Of a stretch of DNA of 60,978 nucleotides, positions 10,852-20,967 are shown piece after piece. The DNA is taken from NCBI GenBank assembly GCA_042095375.1, contig JBELBJ010000002.1:1-60978 (forward strand). Reading direction: 5' to 3'. Position numbers and translations under genes: made by a program. Every line of letters begins with the position of its first letter. Position 1 is the stretch's first letter. The stretch is from Marinoscillum sp. Its GTDB lineage: Bacteria > Bacteroidota > Bacteroidia > Cytophagales > MED-G16. The notes beneath the pieces were generated by a model. It did no database searches. It worked only from the letters and a program-made list of their open reading frames with translations, and was not told the origin of the DNA.

Positions 10852-12425
10852 ATTTTAAGAATTTTTTTTGCAGCCATTTCTCCAGGAGACCCAGTTACTC
10901 CTCCACCTGGATGAGTTCCAGACCCACATTGAAAATAATTCTTTATTGGAGTAGTATAATCTGCCCACTTCACCGCAGGTCTAAATGAAAAAAGTTGTTG
11001 TAATGTAAGCTCACCGTGGAAAATATTTCCTTCAGTTAATCCAAAAGTTTTTTCTAAATCTTTTGGTGTTAAAACCTGACGATGTAAGATTAAATCTTTG
11101 ATATTTGGAGCAAACCTGGCTAGGGTATTGACCACTGCATCTCCAAAAGCTTCTCTCTTAGTATCATCCCATCCTCCATTAATATTATATGGGGCATATT
11201 GAACAAAACAAGACATAACATGTTTACCTGGAGGTGCCATTTCAGGATCTATTACAGAAGGTAAGATAATATCCATATATGGTTCTTTAGAAAAATTTCC
11301 ATATTTGGCATCATCATATGCTTTTTCAAGGTGATCATAACTTGGACTAATTGAGATAGCTCCCCTTAAATGAGGGCCATTACCTGGTAAAGAAGTGAAA
11401 TTTGGTAATCCATCTAAAGCTAAATTTACTTTTCCAGATGAACCTCTGATTCTAAAATTTTTTATATCATTAACAAAATCTTCAGGTAAATCACTTTCAT
11501 CTAACATTTTCAAAAAAGTTAGCTTTGGATCTAATCCTGATATTACTATATCTGATTTGTATTCATCACCATTTTCCAAAGCTACTCCTATGGCACTTCC
11601 ATTTTTAACTATTACTTTATTTACGGATGCCTCTGTTAATATTTTTGCACCAAAATGCATTGCAGAACGAGCTATAGTCATACTTAATTCACCAGTTCCT
11701 CCTCTTTGAAAACCCCAGGCACGAAATGAACCATCGATGTCACCCATATAATGATGTAACATAACATATGCTGAACCAGGTGATCTAGGACCCATAAATG
11801 TACCAATAATTCCACTAGCTGCCATTGTTGACTTTAAAGGTTCAAATTCAAACCATTCATCAAGAAAGTCTGCGGAACTCATAGTCATAAGTTTACATAA
11901 ATATTCAAAAGTTTCGTTATTAAGTCCTTTCACATGATTAAATAAGCTTTTTAATGACATTAAATCCTTAAAACTTGGTCTTATAGCATTAGGAGCAATA
12001 GTCTCTAAAATTGGTCTTACCCCCATTCCAACTTGTCCCATCAATGGACCAAATCTCATATAATTCTCAGCATCTTTTGGAGAATGTCTATAAATTTCCT
12101 TGTAAGTTTGATCATAATCAGATGTTCTAAATAAATAATCATTATCAAGTGGAGTAAAAGTACTTTCAAGAGGTAAAATTTCAAGACCAAAACGAGGTAA
12201 CATTAGTTCCCTTATTACATTCGCTTTTAATAAGCTTACTACATATGAACAAACAGAAAATTTAAAACCAGGAAAAATTTCTTCAGTAACAGCTGCACCA
12301 CCTAATACGTGTCTTCTTTCTAATACTAAAACTTTTTTTCCAGCTTTTGATAAATATGCTGCTGCTGTCAATCCATTATGACCCCCACCTATAATTATAA
12401 CGTCATATTTATCTATTTTGGACAT
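10845..12425 (-). CDS. Phytoene-dehydrogenase-like (PYROXD2-like) FAD oxidoreductase
   Basis: IGGGHNGLTAAAYL, LERRHVLGGAAVTEE, DPEMAPPGKHVMS, GLTEGNIFHGEL and CGSGTHPGGGVTG. Confidence 0.9.
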   Translation of the reverse strand: MSKIDKYDVIIIGGGHNGLTAAAYLSKAGKKVLVLERRHVLGGAAVTEEIFPGFKFSVCSYVVSLLKANVIRELMLPRFGLEILPLESTFTPLDNDYLFRTSDYDQTYKEIYRHSPKDAENYMRFGPLMGQVGMGVRPILETIAPNAIRPSFKDLMSLKSLFNHVKGLNNETFEYLCKLMTMSSADFLDEWFEFEPLKSTMAASGIIGTFMGPRSPGSAYVMLHHYMGDIDGSFRAWGFQRGGTGELSMTIARSAMHFGAKILTEASVNKVIVKNGSAIGVALENGDEYKSDIVISGLDPKLTFLKMLDESDLPEDFVNDIKNFRIRGSSGKVNLALDGLPNFTSLPGNGPHLRGAISISPSYDHLEKAYDDAKYGNFSKEPYMDIILPSVIDPEMAPPGKHVMSCFVQYAPYNINGGWDDTKREAFGDAVVNTLARFAPNIKDLILHRQVLTPKDLEKTFGLTEGNIFHGELTLQQLFSFRPAVKWADYTTPIKNYFQCGSGTHPGGGVTGSPGEMAAKKILKIW

Positions 12426-13651
12426 GATATTTTTCTATTAGGGTTATAAAAAGGTGTTTTGACAATTTTAGCTGGAGTTAAATGTCTAAAATGTTCTACT
12501 TTAATTTCAAAATCAAGAACAGTATCCAAACTGGCAAATTTAGAATTTACGTGAGCAAGTGCAATATATTTTTTTAAAATAGGTGACCAACAACCACTAG
12601 ACGCATAACCAACTTGATTTTTTCTATAATATAAAGGTACACTATCCCTCCATGCACCATGAGGAAGCTCAGGAGCAAGTCCAACATTTTTATACAATTT
12701 TTCAAGGTTATCCCACAAAATCTCAATACCAACAAATCTCCATTCTGATGGGTTTTTTTTTTCTAATCTTAGAGCTTCAGATCCAACAAAACTTTCATCA
12801 TTTAACTTTACTGACCATCCCAAGCCTAATTCAAATGGGGATGATTTTCTATCTTCAATTAATGCATTTCTAGAAGATATATAATCTACATCTAATAGAA
12901 TAAGTGAAGCTTCAATCCTTGATATATCAAGGGCATCTAATCCTACTGGAGTTATTCCATAGTTCTTACCAAACTTAATCAATAGATCCCAAACCTTTAA
13001 TGAATCATCTGGGCTAATCCAAATTTCATATCCTAAATCACCTGTATAGCCTGTTCGAGAAATTGAAACCTTAATACCTTTTAACTTGGTTTCAATAATT
13101 TCGAAAAACTTTAGAGTATTAATAGATTTTGTAGAAATAGAATTAATAATATCTCTTGAGTTTGGACCTTGAAGAGCTAAAGCAGCAATTTTATTTGATT
13201 CATCGTATATGTTTACATCCATACCATAAGAATTTAATTCTAACCATGATAAATTGGGTTCGGCACTGGTAAGTCTAAAGTCATTTTTAGCCAATCTTTG
13301 AATAGTACCATCATCAATTACTTTTCCATTTTCATCACACCAAGTAGAATACATAACTTGACCTATTTTACAAATTTTAATATTTCTTGTAACCAATCTA
13401 TTTAAAAATACACTTGAATCTTTTCCACTAATTCTATACTTGTAAAGAGGTGAAATATCTAATAGTGCAGCTTTAGTTCTAATTGCAAAGTATTCATTAT
13501 CATGATTAAGATCATACTTAGTAGCAGATAGATAGCCACCCCATCTTTTCCATTCTTGGGACATATTTAATATACTTGTTCTTTCAAAAAAAGGGGATGT
13601 TTTCATCTGCGTATTAGCAGTAAAATTCATTGAATTTGTAGATTTAAGCAT
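12413..13651 (-). CDS. Stand-alone aminomethyltransferase (GcvT/DmdA-like folate-binding) protein
   Basis: LLDISPLYKY, GKVIDDGT, ALQGP, ISRTGYTGDLGYE, ALDISRIEA and a C-terminal PFYNP. No fused FAD domain. The exact start Met is uncertain. Confidence 0.9.
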   Translation of the reverse strand: MLKSTNSMNFTANTQMKTSPFFERTSILNMSQEWKRWGGYLSATKYDLNHDNEYFAIRTKAALLDISPLYKYRISGKDSSVFLNRLVTRNIKICKIGQVMYSTWCDENGKVIDDGTIQRLAKNDFRLTSAEPNLSWLELNSYGMDVNIYDESNKIAALALQGPNSRDIINSISTKSINTLKFFEIIETKLKGIKVSISRTGYTGDLGYEIWISPDDSLKVWDLLIKFGKNYGITPVGLDALDISRIEASLILLDVDYISSRNALIEDRKSSPFELGLGWSVKLNDESFVGSEALRLEKKNPSEWRFVGIEILWDNLEKLYKNVGLAPELPHGAWRDSVPLYYRKNQVGYASSGCWSPILKKYIALAHVNSKFASLDTVLDFEIKVEHFRHLTPAKIVKTPFYNPNRKISCPK

Positions 13652-13692
13652 AGAAAATTAATAATTAATAATAGAAATGTAATTTTATAGAT

Positions 13693-14776
13693 TTAATTTT
13701 CTTTTTGCAAAAGATATGCTTTAATAAAATCATCAATGTCTCCATTCAAAACATTTGAAACATCACTTCTTTCAATATTTGTTCTTATATCTTTAACTAA
13801 TTTGTATGGATGTAAAATATAATTTCTTATTTGAGACCCAAAATCAATTTGTAACTTTGTGTTTTCAATAGATTCTCTTGACTTTCTTTTTTTTTCTATT
13901 TCTAATTGATAAAGTTTAGATTTTAACATATTCATTGCTTTATCTTTATTTCGTAATTGACTCCTCTCCTGTTGACATTCAATAATTATGCCTGATGGAT
14001 CATGTTTCAATCTAACTGCAGACTCAATTTTATTTACACTTTGACCACCTGCTCCACTTGATCTAAAAGTCTGCCATTCAATATCGGAAGGATTAACAAT
14101 TATATCAATTGTTTCATCAACTTCAGGATAAACAAAAACTGATGCAAAAGAAGTATGTCGCCTTGCTCCAGAATCAAATGGAGATATACGAACAAGTCTA
14201 TGGACTCCAATTTCAGATTTTAAATAACCATATGAAAAAGATCCTTCTATACCTAAAATTGCCGATTTTAAACCAGCTGTTTCTCCTTGTTGAACATTAA
14301 TTTTTTTTACATTAAACTTATGAGATTCAGCCCACATTACATACATCCTCATTAAAATTTCAGCCCAATCTTGACTTTCCGTTCCCCCAGCCCCTGGATT
14401 TATTTCAATTATTGCATTTAACTGGTCTTCTTTTGAAGACAGCATTTTTTGAAATTCAATGCGTTCCAGTTTTTTTATTAATTTATTAAATTCGGACTCA
14501 ATTTCTTCCTTATTAGCTTCTCCAGTAATATAAAACTCATTTAATGTAACTAGATCATCGTACATATTTTGAATTTCAAAATAAGAATCTGTCCAAATTT
14601 TATTTTGATTAATCTTTTTTAAAACAACTTCAGCATTTTTTTTGTCGTTCCAAAAATTTGGTTTCGTAGTAATCGATTCGTTTTCTTTGATAATCTTTAA
14701 TCTATTATCATAGTCAAAGATACCCCCTCAAAGCATCAACTCTTACTTTTAAATCTTTTATTTGATCTGAATTCAT
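13693..14776 (-). CDS. prfB: Peptide chain release factor 2, translated through a programmed +1 frameshift
   Basis: ATG at 14776, then 20 codons ([20 protein letters not shown]) to CTT-TGA-C. The +1 frame (DYDNRL...) is open into the ORF-track frame. [11 protein letters not shown] and GAGGQ motifs are present. Confidence 0.95.
14713..14728 (-). promoter_or_regulatory. prfB autoregulatory +1 frameshift site with internal SD-like element
   Basis: The minus strand reads AGGGGG TAT CTT TGA C, the canonical RF2 shift cassette. Confidence 0.95.
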
Positions 14777-14778
14777 AT

Positions 14779-15831
14779 CTACAATTTAGTTATCCAATTA
14801 TGTTTATCTTCAATTGATCCATACTTTATCCCATCAAGTAAATTCAAAAACTTACTCGAAAACGAAGACGAATTATGATTTGGTAAATCATAATCTTTAT
14901 TTTGATATCCAATAGTTTTAATCGGTGCAATTGTAGCAGCAGTCCCAGCACCAAAAGCTTCTTGCAATGTGTTATCTTTTATTGAACTAATTATCTCATT
15001 AACTGATATTTTCCTTACTTCAGTTGAAATATTTTCAGCTTCCGCAAGAGCTAAAATACTATCTCTGGTAACCCCATCCAAAACAGTATCAGCCAAAGGA
15101 GCAGTTAGTAAAGTATTATTTATTACAAAAAAAAGATTCATGGTCCCAGACTCTTCAACATAATCATGAGTTTTTCCATCAGTCCAAATTAGCTGATCAT
15201 AATTTTCTTTCTTAGCTAAAACAGACGGGTATAAAGAAGCGGCATAATTTGCTGCAGTTTTTGAATATCCTACTCCACCTTTGATAGCTCTGGTAAATTC
15301 TGTTTCAATTTTCACTCTTACAGGTTCAGAATAATAATTACCTGCTGGACAAGTGAATATATAAAATTTAAAATTTTCAGCTGGTTTAATACCAATAAAT
15401 GGATCTAAAGCAATCATCAAAGGCCTAATGTAAAGAGAAGTGTCTTTTTTATTTGGAATCCATTTTTTATCTATCATTAATAATTCAGATATCGCTTTAG
15501 TAAAATATTTTTCTGGAAAACTAGGCATACACATCCTTTCAGCACTTATATTAAATCTTTTAGCATTTTTATCCATCCTAAAAACTAAAATTTTATCTTT
15601 TTTATTTTTATAAGCTTTCAATCCTTCAAAAACTGTTTGACCGTAATGTAAGGTGGTGCAAGCTGGAGAAACTGTAATATCATCAAAAGGAATGATTTTA
15701 AAGTCTTTCCAAGTACCATCTGAAAACTCAGCTTCAAACATATGATCAGAATGAAATTGACCAAATTTAATATTTGAAAAATCAACTTTATCTATATCTG
15801 ATTTTATCTTGTGAGTAACATCTATTTTCAT
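14779..15831 (-). CDS. ilvE: Branched-chain amino acid aminotransferase
   Basis: LHYGQTVFEGLKAY, LYIRP, PLP lysine in GYSKTAANY, EESGTMN, LDGVTRDS and GTAATIAP. Confidence 0.95.
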   Translation of the reverse strand: MKIDVTHKIKSDIDKVDFSNIKFGQFHSDHMFEAEFSDGTWKDFKIIPFDDITVSPACTTLHYGQTVFEGLKAYKNKKDKILVFRMDKNAKRFNISAERMCMPSFPEKYFTKAISELLMIDKKWIPNKKDTSLYIRPLMIALDPFIGIKPAENFKFYIFTCPAGNYYSEPVRVKIETEFTRAIKGGVGYSKTAANYAASLYPSVLAKKENYDQLIWTDGKTHDYVEESGTMNLFFVINNTLLTAPLADTVLDGVTRDSILALAEAENISTEVRKISVNEIISSIKDNTLQEAFGAGTAATIAPIKTIGYQNKDYDLPNHNSSSFSSKFLNLLDGIKYGSIEDKHNWITKL

Positions 15832-15836
15832 TAAAC

Positions 15837-16526
15837 TTATTTAGTGTTCTTTTTATCAGATTCAACATCTCCATCCATTAGTCTTACAATTCTTTTAGAA
15901 TAAGCAGCAATATCATTTTCATGAGTAACCATAATTATAGTATTTCCAGCATCATGAAGTTTAGAAAATAAATCCATAATTCCCTCTGAGGTTTTACTAT
16001 CCAAATTACCAGTTGGTTCATCTGCTAAAATAATACTAGGATTATTTACTAGAGCCCTTGCTATAGCAACCCTCTGTCTTTGTCCTCCAGATAATTCATT
16101 TGGTTTATGAGTAGCTCTATTTGTTAAATCAACACTTTTCAATGCTTTCATTGCCATAGTATCTCTGATATCTTTTTTGTAACCAGCATATACTAGAGGT
16201 AGTGCTACATTATCAAGTGCAGAAGCTCTAGGTAATAAATTAAATGTTTGAAAAACAAAACCAATTTCTTTATTTCTAACATCTGCTAATTCACTTTCTG
16301 ACATCGAGCTAACATTTTTACCATTAAGTATATATTCACCACCTGTTGGGGTGTCTAAACATCCAACAATATTCATAAGTGTTGATTTTCCTGAACCTGA
16401 TGGTCCCATAAATGAAACATACTCGTTTTTATTTATAGAAATTGAAATAGATTTTAAAGCTTTAACTACTTGTTTTCCTACTTGAAAATGTCTAGATATT
16501 TTAGATACACTAATTATTTTTTTCAT
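15837..16526 (-). CDS. ABC transporter ATP-binding protein (MacB/LolD-type), no adjacent permease
   Basis: [42 protein letters not shown] and MVTHE. Confidence 0.9.
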   Translation of the reverse strand: MKKIISVSKISRHFQVGKQVVKALKSISISINKNEYVSFMGPSGSGKSTLMNIVGCLDTPTGGEYILNGKNVSSMSESELADVRNKEIGFVFQTFNLLPRASALDNVALPLVYAGYKKDIRDTMAMKALKSVDLTNRATHKPNELSGGQRQRVAIARALVNNPSIILADEPTGNLDSKTSEGIMDLFSKLHDAGNTIIMVTHENDIAAYSKRIVRLMDGDVESDKKNTK

Positions 16527-16569
16527 CTGTTAAAATAAAATATTTGATATTAAATCTATAAATTTTCAT

Positions 16570-16577
16570 CAAATTTA
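16570..16577 (-). promoter_or_regulatory. Bacteroidota sigma70 -7 element (TAAATTTG), probably driving the ABC ATPase-ilvE-prfB run
   Basis: TAnnTTTG match on the minus strand about 45 nt upstream of the ATG at 16526. The -33 element was not identified. Confidence 0.4.
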
Positions 16578-16609
16578 ATATTTTTATATTCTATAATAAA
16601 CATTTAATT

Positions 16610-17365
16610 ATGGAAATATTTTTTCAATTCGAAACCTATATTGCGCTTGGTACACTCACTTTTCTTGAAATTGTATTAGGTGTTGATAATATTATTTTTA
16701 TTTCTATAGTTTCAAACAAAGTAGATAAAGAATTTAGACAAAGAATTAGAACAATCGGTTTGTTTTTAGCAATGATATTAAGAATAATTATGTTACTTGG
16801 ATTGACATGGTTTATTGGATTAACTGAACCAATATTTGAATCAGCTGATATTTTTAACACTGGAATAAATTTAAGTGTAAGTTGGAAAGATATAATTCTT
16901 GCTGCTGGAGGAATGTTTCTTATTTTAAAAAGCTCGATGGAAATAACACATAAAATAGATAGTAATTTTGATACCAATTCAACAAAATCATTAAAAGTAT
17001 CATCATTATATACAGTTGTTTGGCAAATAGTTGCTATAGATTTTATTTTTTCTGTAGATTCTATTCTAACGGCTATAGGACTTACTGAGCAAGTTCTGCT
17101 AATGATAATAGCAGTGGTGATATCAATTATTGTAATGATGATTTATGCATCAAAAATAAGTAATATAATTGAGAGATACCCTTCTTTAGAAATTCTTGCG
17201 TTATCATTTTTAATCCTAATAGGATTTAATCTAATTGTAGAAGCAGCTCATTACAGCATCCCTAAAGGATATATATATTTTGCACTATTTTTTACATTAG
17301 GTGTGGAGTATGTCAACATTATTTTTAGGAATGTAAGTAAGAAAAAAATAAAAATTAAGGAATAG
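16610..17365 (+). CDS. TerC-family membrane protein
   Basis: LEIVLGVDNIIFISI, GGMFLILKS, DFIFSVDSILTAIG and PKGYIYFA. Confidence 0.92.
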   Translation: MEIFFQFETYIALGTLTFLEIVLGVDNIIFISIVSNKVDKEFRQRIRTIGLFLAMILRIIMLLGLTWFIGLTEPIFESADIFNTGINLSVSWKDIILAAGGMFLILKSSMEITHKIDSNFDTNSTKSLKVSSLYTVVWQIVAIDFIFSVDSILTAIGLTEQVLLMIIAVVISIIVMMIYASKISNIIERYPSLEILALSFLILIGFNLIVEAAHYSIPKGYIYFALFFTLGVEYVNIIFRNVSKKKIKIKE

Positions 17366-17372
17366 AATTATA

Positions 17373-20300
17373 TTACTTTATAATTATTTTCTTATGTAAT
17401 TTTTTCTCATTATGATTCAATTCTAATATATAGATACCTTGAGAATTTTTTGAAAAGTCTACCTTATGAGTATTATAGCCAGATTTATTATTAAAAATAG
17501 TTTGATATTTAGATCTACCAAAAATATCTAATACATTAATTCCAACATCACCTTTTAATTCGCCATTAAATTTGATATTAAATATTCCATTAGAAGGGTT
17601 TGGATAAACATTGATTTTTTTAAGAGAAGAAAGATCTTCTAATCCTGAAACAACTGGTTTATCCATTTGAACATACAAATCATCAATTGCCCATCCCCAT
17701 CCAACAGTATATGGATCAGAATGTAATTTAAATCTAACCTTAACTGTATCTCCAACAGAAAATGTAGGTGTAAATTCTATTTCTCTGTCTTTTAACATGG
17801 ATGATGATGCAGAAATATCAGCAGCATAAGCAGATAACCAATCTGAATGGGTTCTTGAATCATAGCCATCAACTATAGGTTTCCAATTGTCTTCATTATG
17901 TTTTGATGCTTCTACAATAACATAATCCCAAAACTCTGAGTCTCCATAAGAAGTCCCTGCTTCTCCTATTTCAACAATAGCAACTTCTCTAAATTTAATT
18001 GAAGGAGTATAATTTGATACAACAATTGGAGTATTGAGTATAGCAAATAACTCTATGTATTGACCAGAACCTGCATTCTGATATGGATGTGGTTGAGTAT
18101 GTAAAATATTACCAGAAAAACCACTATATGAACTTATAGTAAACCCATCAAGCGTAAATTCATTTCCCAGTAAATCAGAAAAATCTGTACCAAACTCATT
18201 TGAGATATCAAGAGTTACACCAACTATAACATCCAAAGTATTTGAAGGGTAATTTAATCCATTTTTATATCCAGTTGCAATAATAGAAAATGTGCCTGCA
18301 TCATTAAAAGTTATATTAACAGTATCAATTCCTATTGAATTCTGATTAGAAATAGTATGTAATGTAGTTGATCCCGTTTTAAAAAGAACTGAATCAAATT
18401 CTGATTTAAAGTTAATTCTAACATCTACCTTAAACTCTGATCCTGGTTGATTATAGCCAATTAATTCTGGCTGAAGTGTAGCTGTTTTTGGAATGAAAGA
18501 AGATAATGCAGGAATTGATGCTGTCCACACCCCTCTTCCATGAGTTGCAATAACAATCTCACCTTGATCTTTAATTTTCATATCCCAAATGCTAACATTT
18601 GGTAAATTACTTACAACTAAATTCCAGGTTGCTCCTCCGTCTATAGATTCTACTAGTCCAATATCAGTTCCAGCCCAAATTACATCACTATCAAAAGGCA
18701 TTACTAACAAACTATGTACAGGTACGTTAGGGAAACCATTAGAAGACACTCCTGTAACATTATTAGCAGGAAACCCAGTAATATCATTCCATGTAGCTCC
18801 TAAATTTTTCGTTTCAATAATTTTTGCTTTACCAAAAGCTGAAAAAAGAACGTATGAAGTTGAATCTTCAGTTGGATGTGAATATAGCCCAGAAATAGAG
18901 CCAATTTCTTCAAAAATTGATGTAGGTAAAAAAGTTTCACCCCAATCCTTTGAAACAAAAATTTTACCAGGAAGAGATGTTCCAGTTAATATCATCCTAC
19001 CTCCTGCCCAAACAAATCTTGGATTTGCTTGAGAAACCTCAACATCTGAGCCAGACCAGAATCCCCAGTTATCAATAATTTCAGATTTTTTCCATGAACC
19101 TCCAAAATTTGTTGATTTATGTACACCTTTCTGACTTATTGCATAAAGAACATCTGGATCTTGATAAGAAGTTGATAATCTCGTTATAAATGGACCAAAT
19201 TCCCTCATCTCATTAGTAGGAACATAATACCATTCAGTCCCGCCATCTAGCGTTCTAAAAAGATAATTATTTTGTGCACCACCGATCATAGTATCAGAGT
19301 TATTCCAATGAGTTATAACCTCAAAACCATCACCGCCAATTTCAAATGAATAATCCGTTGAAGATGACGCTACTTCACTTGAAGGCGAAAGCCAGGTTCC
19401 ATTGTCTTGAAACCCACTTATATAACGATGAGAACCTTTTACTTTATCTGCTCCATATGCTTGAGAAGTGTTGTAACCAGAAGTTCTGCCAAGTATAAAA
19501 TCACCTTCAGCTTCACCTGGAGAAGTACTAGATTTAGTAACAGCTACGCCACCGTCATTACCATTCAATATTCTGAATTTTCCAGCTCCATCTTTAATTA
19601 CAGTTAAAAAATGATGGTCAACATGAACATTATCATTTAATGAATCAATTTCATTATAACCATCTGTTAAGTGAATAGAATTTTTATATAATAAATTTGT
19701 AAGCTTAGACTTATATATATCAACAGATCCTGTATAAAAGATACTGTCATTATATGGATGAACAGCGATAGTATTTGCATACCAACCAAATATTTGAAGG
19801 TAACCTTCTAAAGTACCGTCCTGGTTAGCAGCTTCAGTCCATGTAGAGCCTCCATCAAATGAAACAAATACATGTGATTTTGATGAAGTTCCTTCTAATG
19901 CGGAATATAAAATATTGGAAGTATTATGAGATACAGCTATTTCAGCTCGATTAAATTGCCCTGATACAGAGCTACTATATATAGGCAGATCATTCCAAGT
20001 TGTACCGGCGTCAACAGATTTTAAAGCATTACCCCCTCTAACAGCAGCATAAATTGTATCAAAACTTGTTGGAGCTGCAATAACTTGTTGTAATCTTTTA
20101 GTACTTTTTTTTGCTTCAACCCAAGTTGAACCTCCATCTGTGGATTTAAAAATATATGAATATAAATCAGGACCCATAGTGGTTGCAATAACAATATCAG
20201 AATTTGAAGGACTAGCTATTATTCTACTTACTTGAAAGAATTTATCATCAATTATACCAGATGTTTGAGGAGAAACATTAGACCAATTCAAACCTCCATC

Positions 20301-20915
20301 GGTAGACTTGAAAACACCACTTCCATCAATAGCATCAATATTTCCTACCCAACTTTCTCCAGTACCAGCATACAATACAGAAGGATTAGCTGCAGACTGT
20401 GCTAAACTTGATACGGCAATATTTTCTAAATCCTGAGATAATGAAATCCACGAAGTACCAGAATTAGAAGTTTTCCATACCCCTCCACCAACTGCAGCAG
20501 CATACCATGTATTTCCAGTATTATCAGCTGCATCTACAACAATCGCTCTTGTTCTTCCAGGAACATTGTTTGGACCTCTTTCAGTAAAAGTTGCTGTTGC
20601 TGCAGCAGAAGTTCCAAAATTTGGATTGTTGTTATCTCTTTGAACAATAGATGAACGTAATAAAGATTTATTATATAAATTTTCTTTCATCTTAATAAGT
20701 TCTTTCTCCTTATATCCTATTGGATAAAGATTTTCATTTGACTCATCACCTTTTTTTATAGAAGAAAAATATTCTTTGAATTTATCTGGACTATCTTTTC
20801 TTTCTCTTTCTGAAACTTGACTCTTTATAGTATTACCATTAAAATAATCAATAGAGAAAAATATAGATATTATAAGTAGTGAAACTATAAATGATATACT
20901 GAAAATCTTCCTCAT
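17373..20915 (-). CDS. T9SS-secreted VPS10/BNR-repeat beta-propeller protein (paralogue 1) with Ig-like and beta-sandwich C-terminal module and type A CTD
   Basis: Many Asp-box repeats (S/T-x-D-G-G-x-T/S-W), ERGPNNVPGRTR, HVDHH, GGDGFE, ATHGRG, ...RFKLHSDPYTVGWGWAIDDL, and CTD VYPNPSNG...GIYILEL...KKIIIK. Confidence 0.85.
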   Translation of the reverse strand: MRKIFSISFIVSLLIISIFFSIDYFNGNTIKSQVSERERKDSPDKFKEYFSSIKKGDESNENLYPIGYKEKELIKMKENLYNKSLLRSSIVQRDNNNPNFGTSAAATATFTERGPNNVPGRTRAIVVDAADNTGNTWYAAAVGGGVWKTSNSGTSWISLSQDLENIAVSSLAQSAANPSVLYAGTGESWVGNIDAIDGSGVFKSTDGGLNWSNVSPQTSGIIDDKFFQVSRIIASPSNSDIVIATTMGPDLYSYIFKSTDGGSTWVEAKKSTKRLQQVIAAPTSFDTIYAAVRGGNALKSVDAGTTWNDLPIYSSSVSGQFNRAEIAVSHNTSNILYSALEGTSSKSHVFVSFDGGSTWTEAANQDGTLEGYLQIFGWYANTIAVHPYNDSIFYTGSVDIYKSKLTNLLYKNSIHLTDGYNEIDSLNDNVHVDHHFLTVIKDGAGKFRILNGNDGGVAVTKSSTSPGEAEGDFILGRTSGYNTSQAYGADKVKGSHRYISGFQDNGTWLSPSSEVASSSTDYSFEIGGDGFEVITHWNNSDTMIGGAQNNYLFRTLDGGTEWYYVPTNEMREFGPFITRLSTSYQDPDVLYAISQKGVHKSTNFGGSWKKSEIIDNWGFWSGSDVEVSQANPRFVWAGGRMILTGTSLPGKIFVSKDWGETFLPTSIFEEIGSISGLYSHPTEDSTSYVLFSAFGKAKIIETKNLGATWNDITGFPANNVTGVSSNGFPNVPVHSLLVMPFDSDVIWAGTDIGLVESIDGGATWNLVVSNLPNVSIWDMKIKDQGEIVIATHGRGVWTASIPALSSFIPKTATLQPELIGYNQPGSEFKVDVRINFKSEFDSVLFKTGSTTLHTISNQNSIGIDTVNITFNDAGTFSIIATGYKNGLNYPSNTLDVIVGVTLDISNEFGTDFSDLLGNEFTLDGFTISSYSGFSGNILHTQPHPYQNAGSGQYIELFAILNTPIVVSNYTPSIKFREVAIVEIGEAGTSYGDSEFWDYVIVEASKHNEDNWKPIVDGYDSRTHSDWLSAYAADISASSSMLKDREIEFTPTFSVGDTVKVRFKLHSDPYTVGWGWAIDDLYVQMDKPVVSGLEDLSSLKKINVYPNPSNGIFNIKFNGELKGDVGINVLDIFGRSKYQTIFNNKSGYNTHKVDFSKNSQGIYILELNHNEKKLHKKIIIK

Positions 20916-20967
20916 AATGTGTAAATAAGAGTATAAATATAGGGATTTTTATAATTATTAATAAAAA

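Noticed and set aside
9280-12425. Carotenoid biosynthesis (crtI/crtO) call
   Set aside because: No crtB, crtE, crtY or crtZ is nearby. The context is a GcvT-like gene and a Rieske oxygenase, which points to amine catabolism.
13693-14776. prfB as a truncated gene or pseudogene (in-frame TGA at codon 21)
   Set aside because: The stop sits in the canonical CTT-TGA-C programmed frameshift site, and the +1 frame is fully open.
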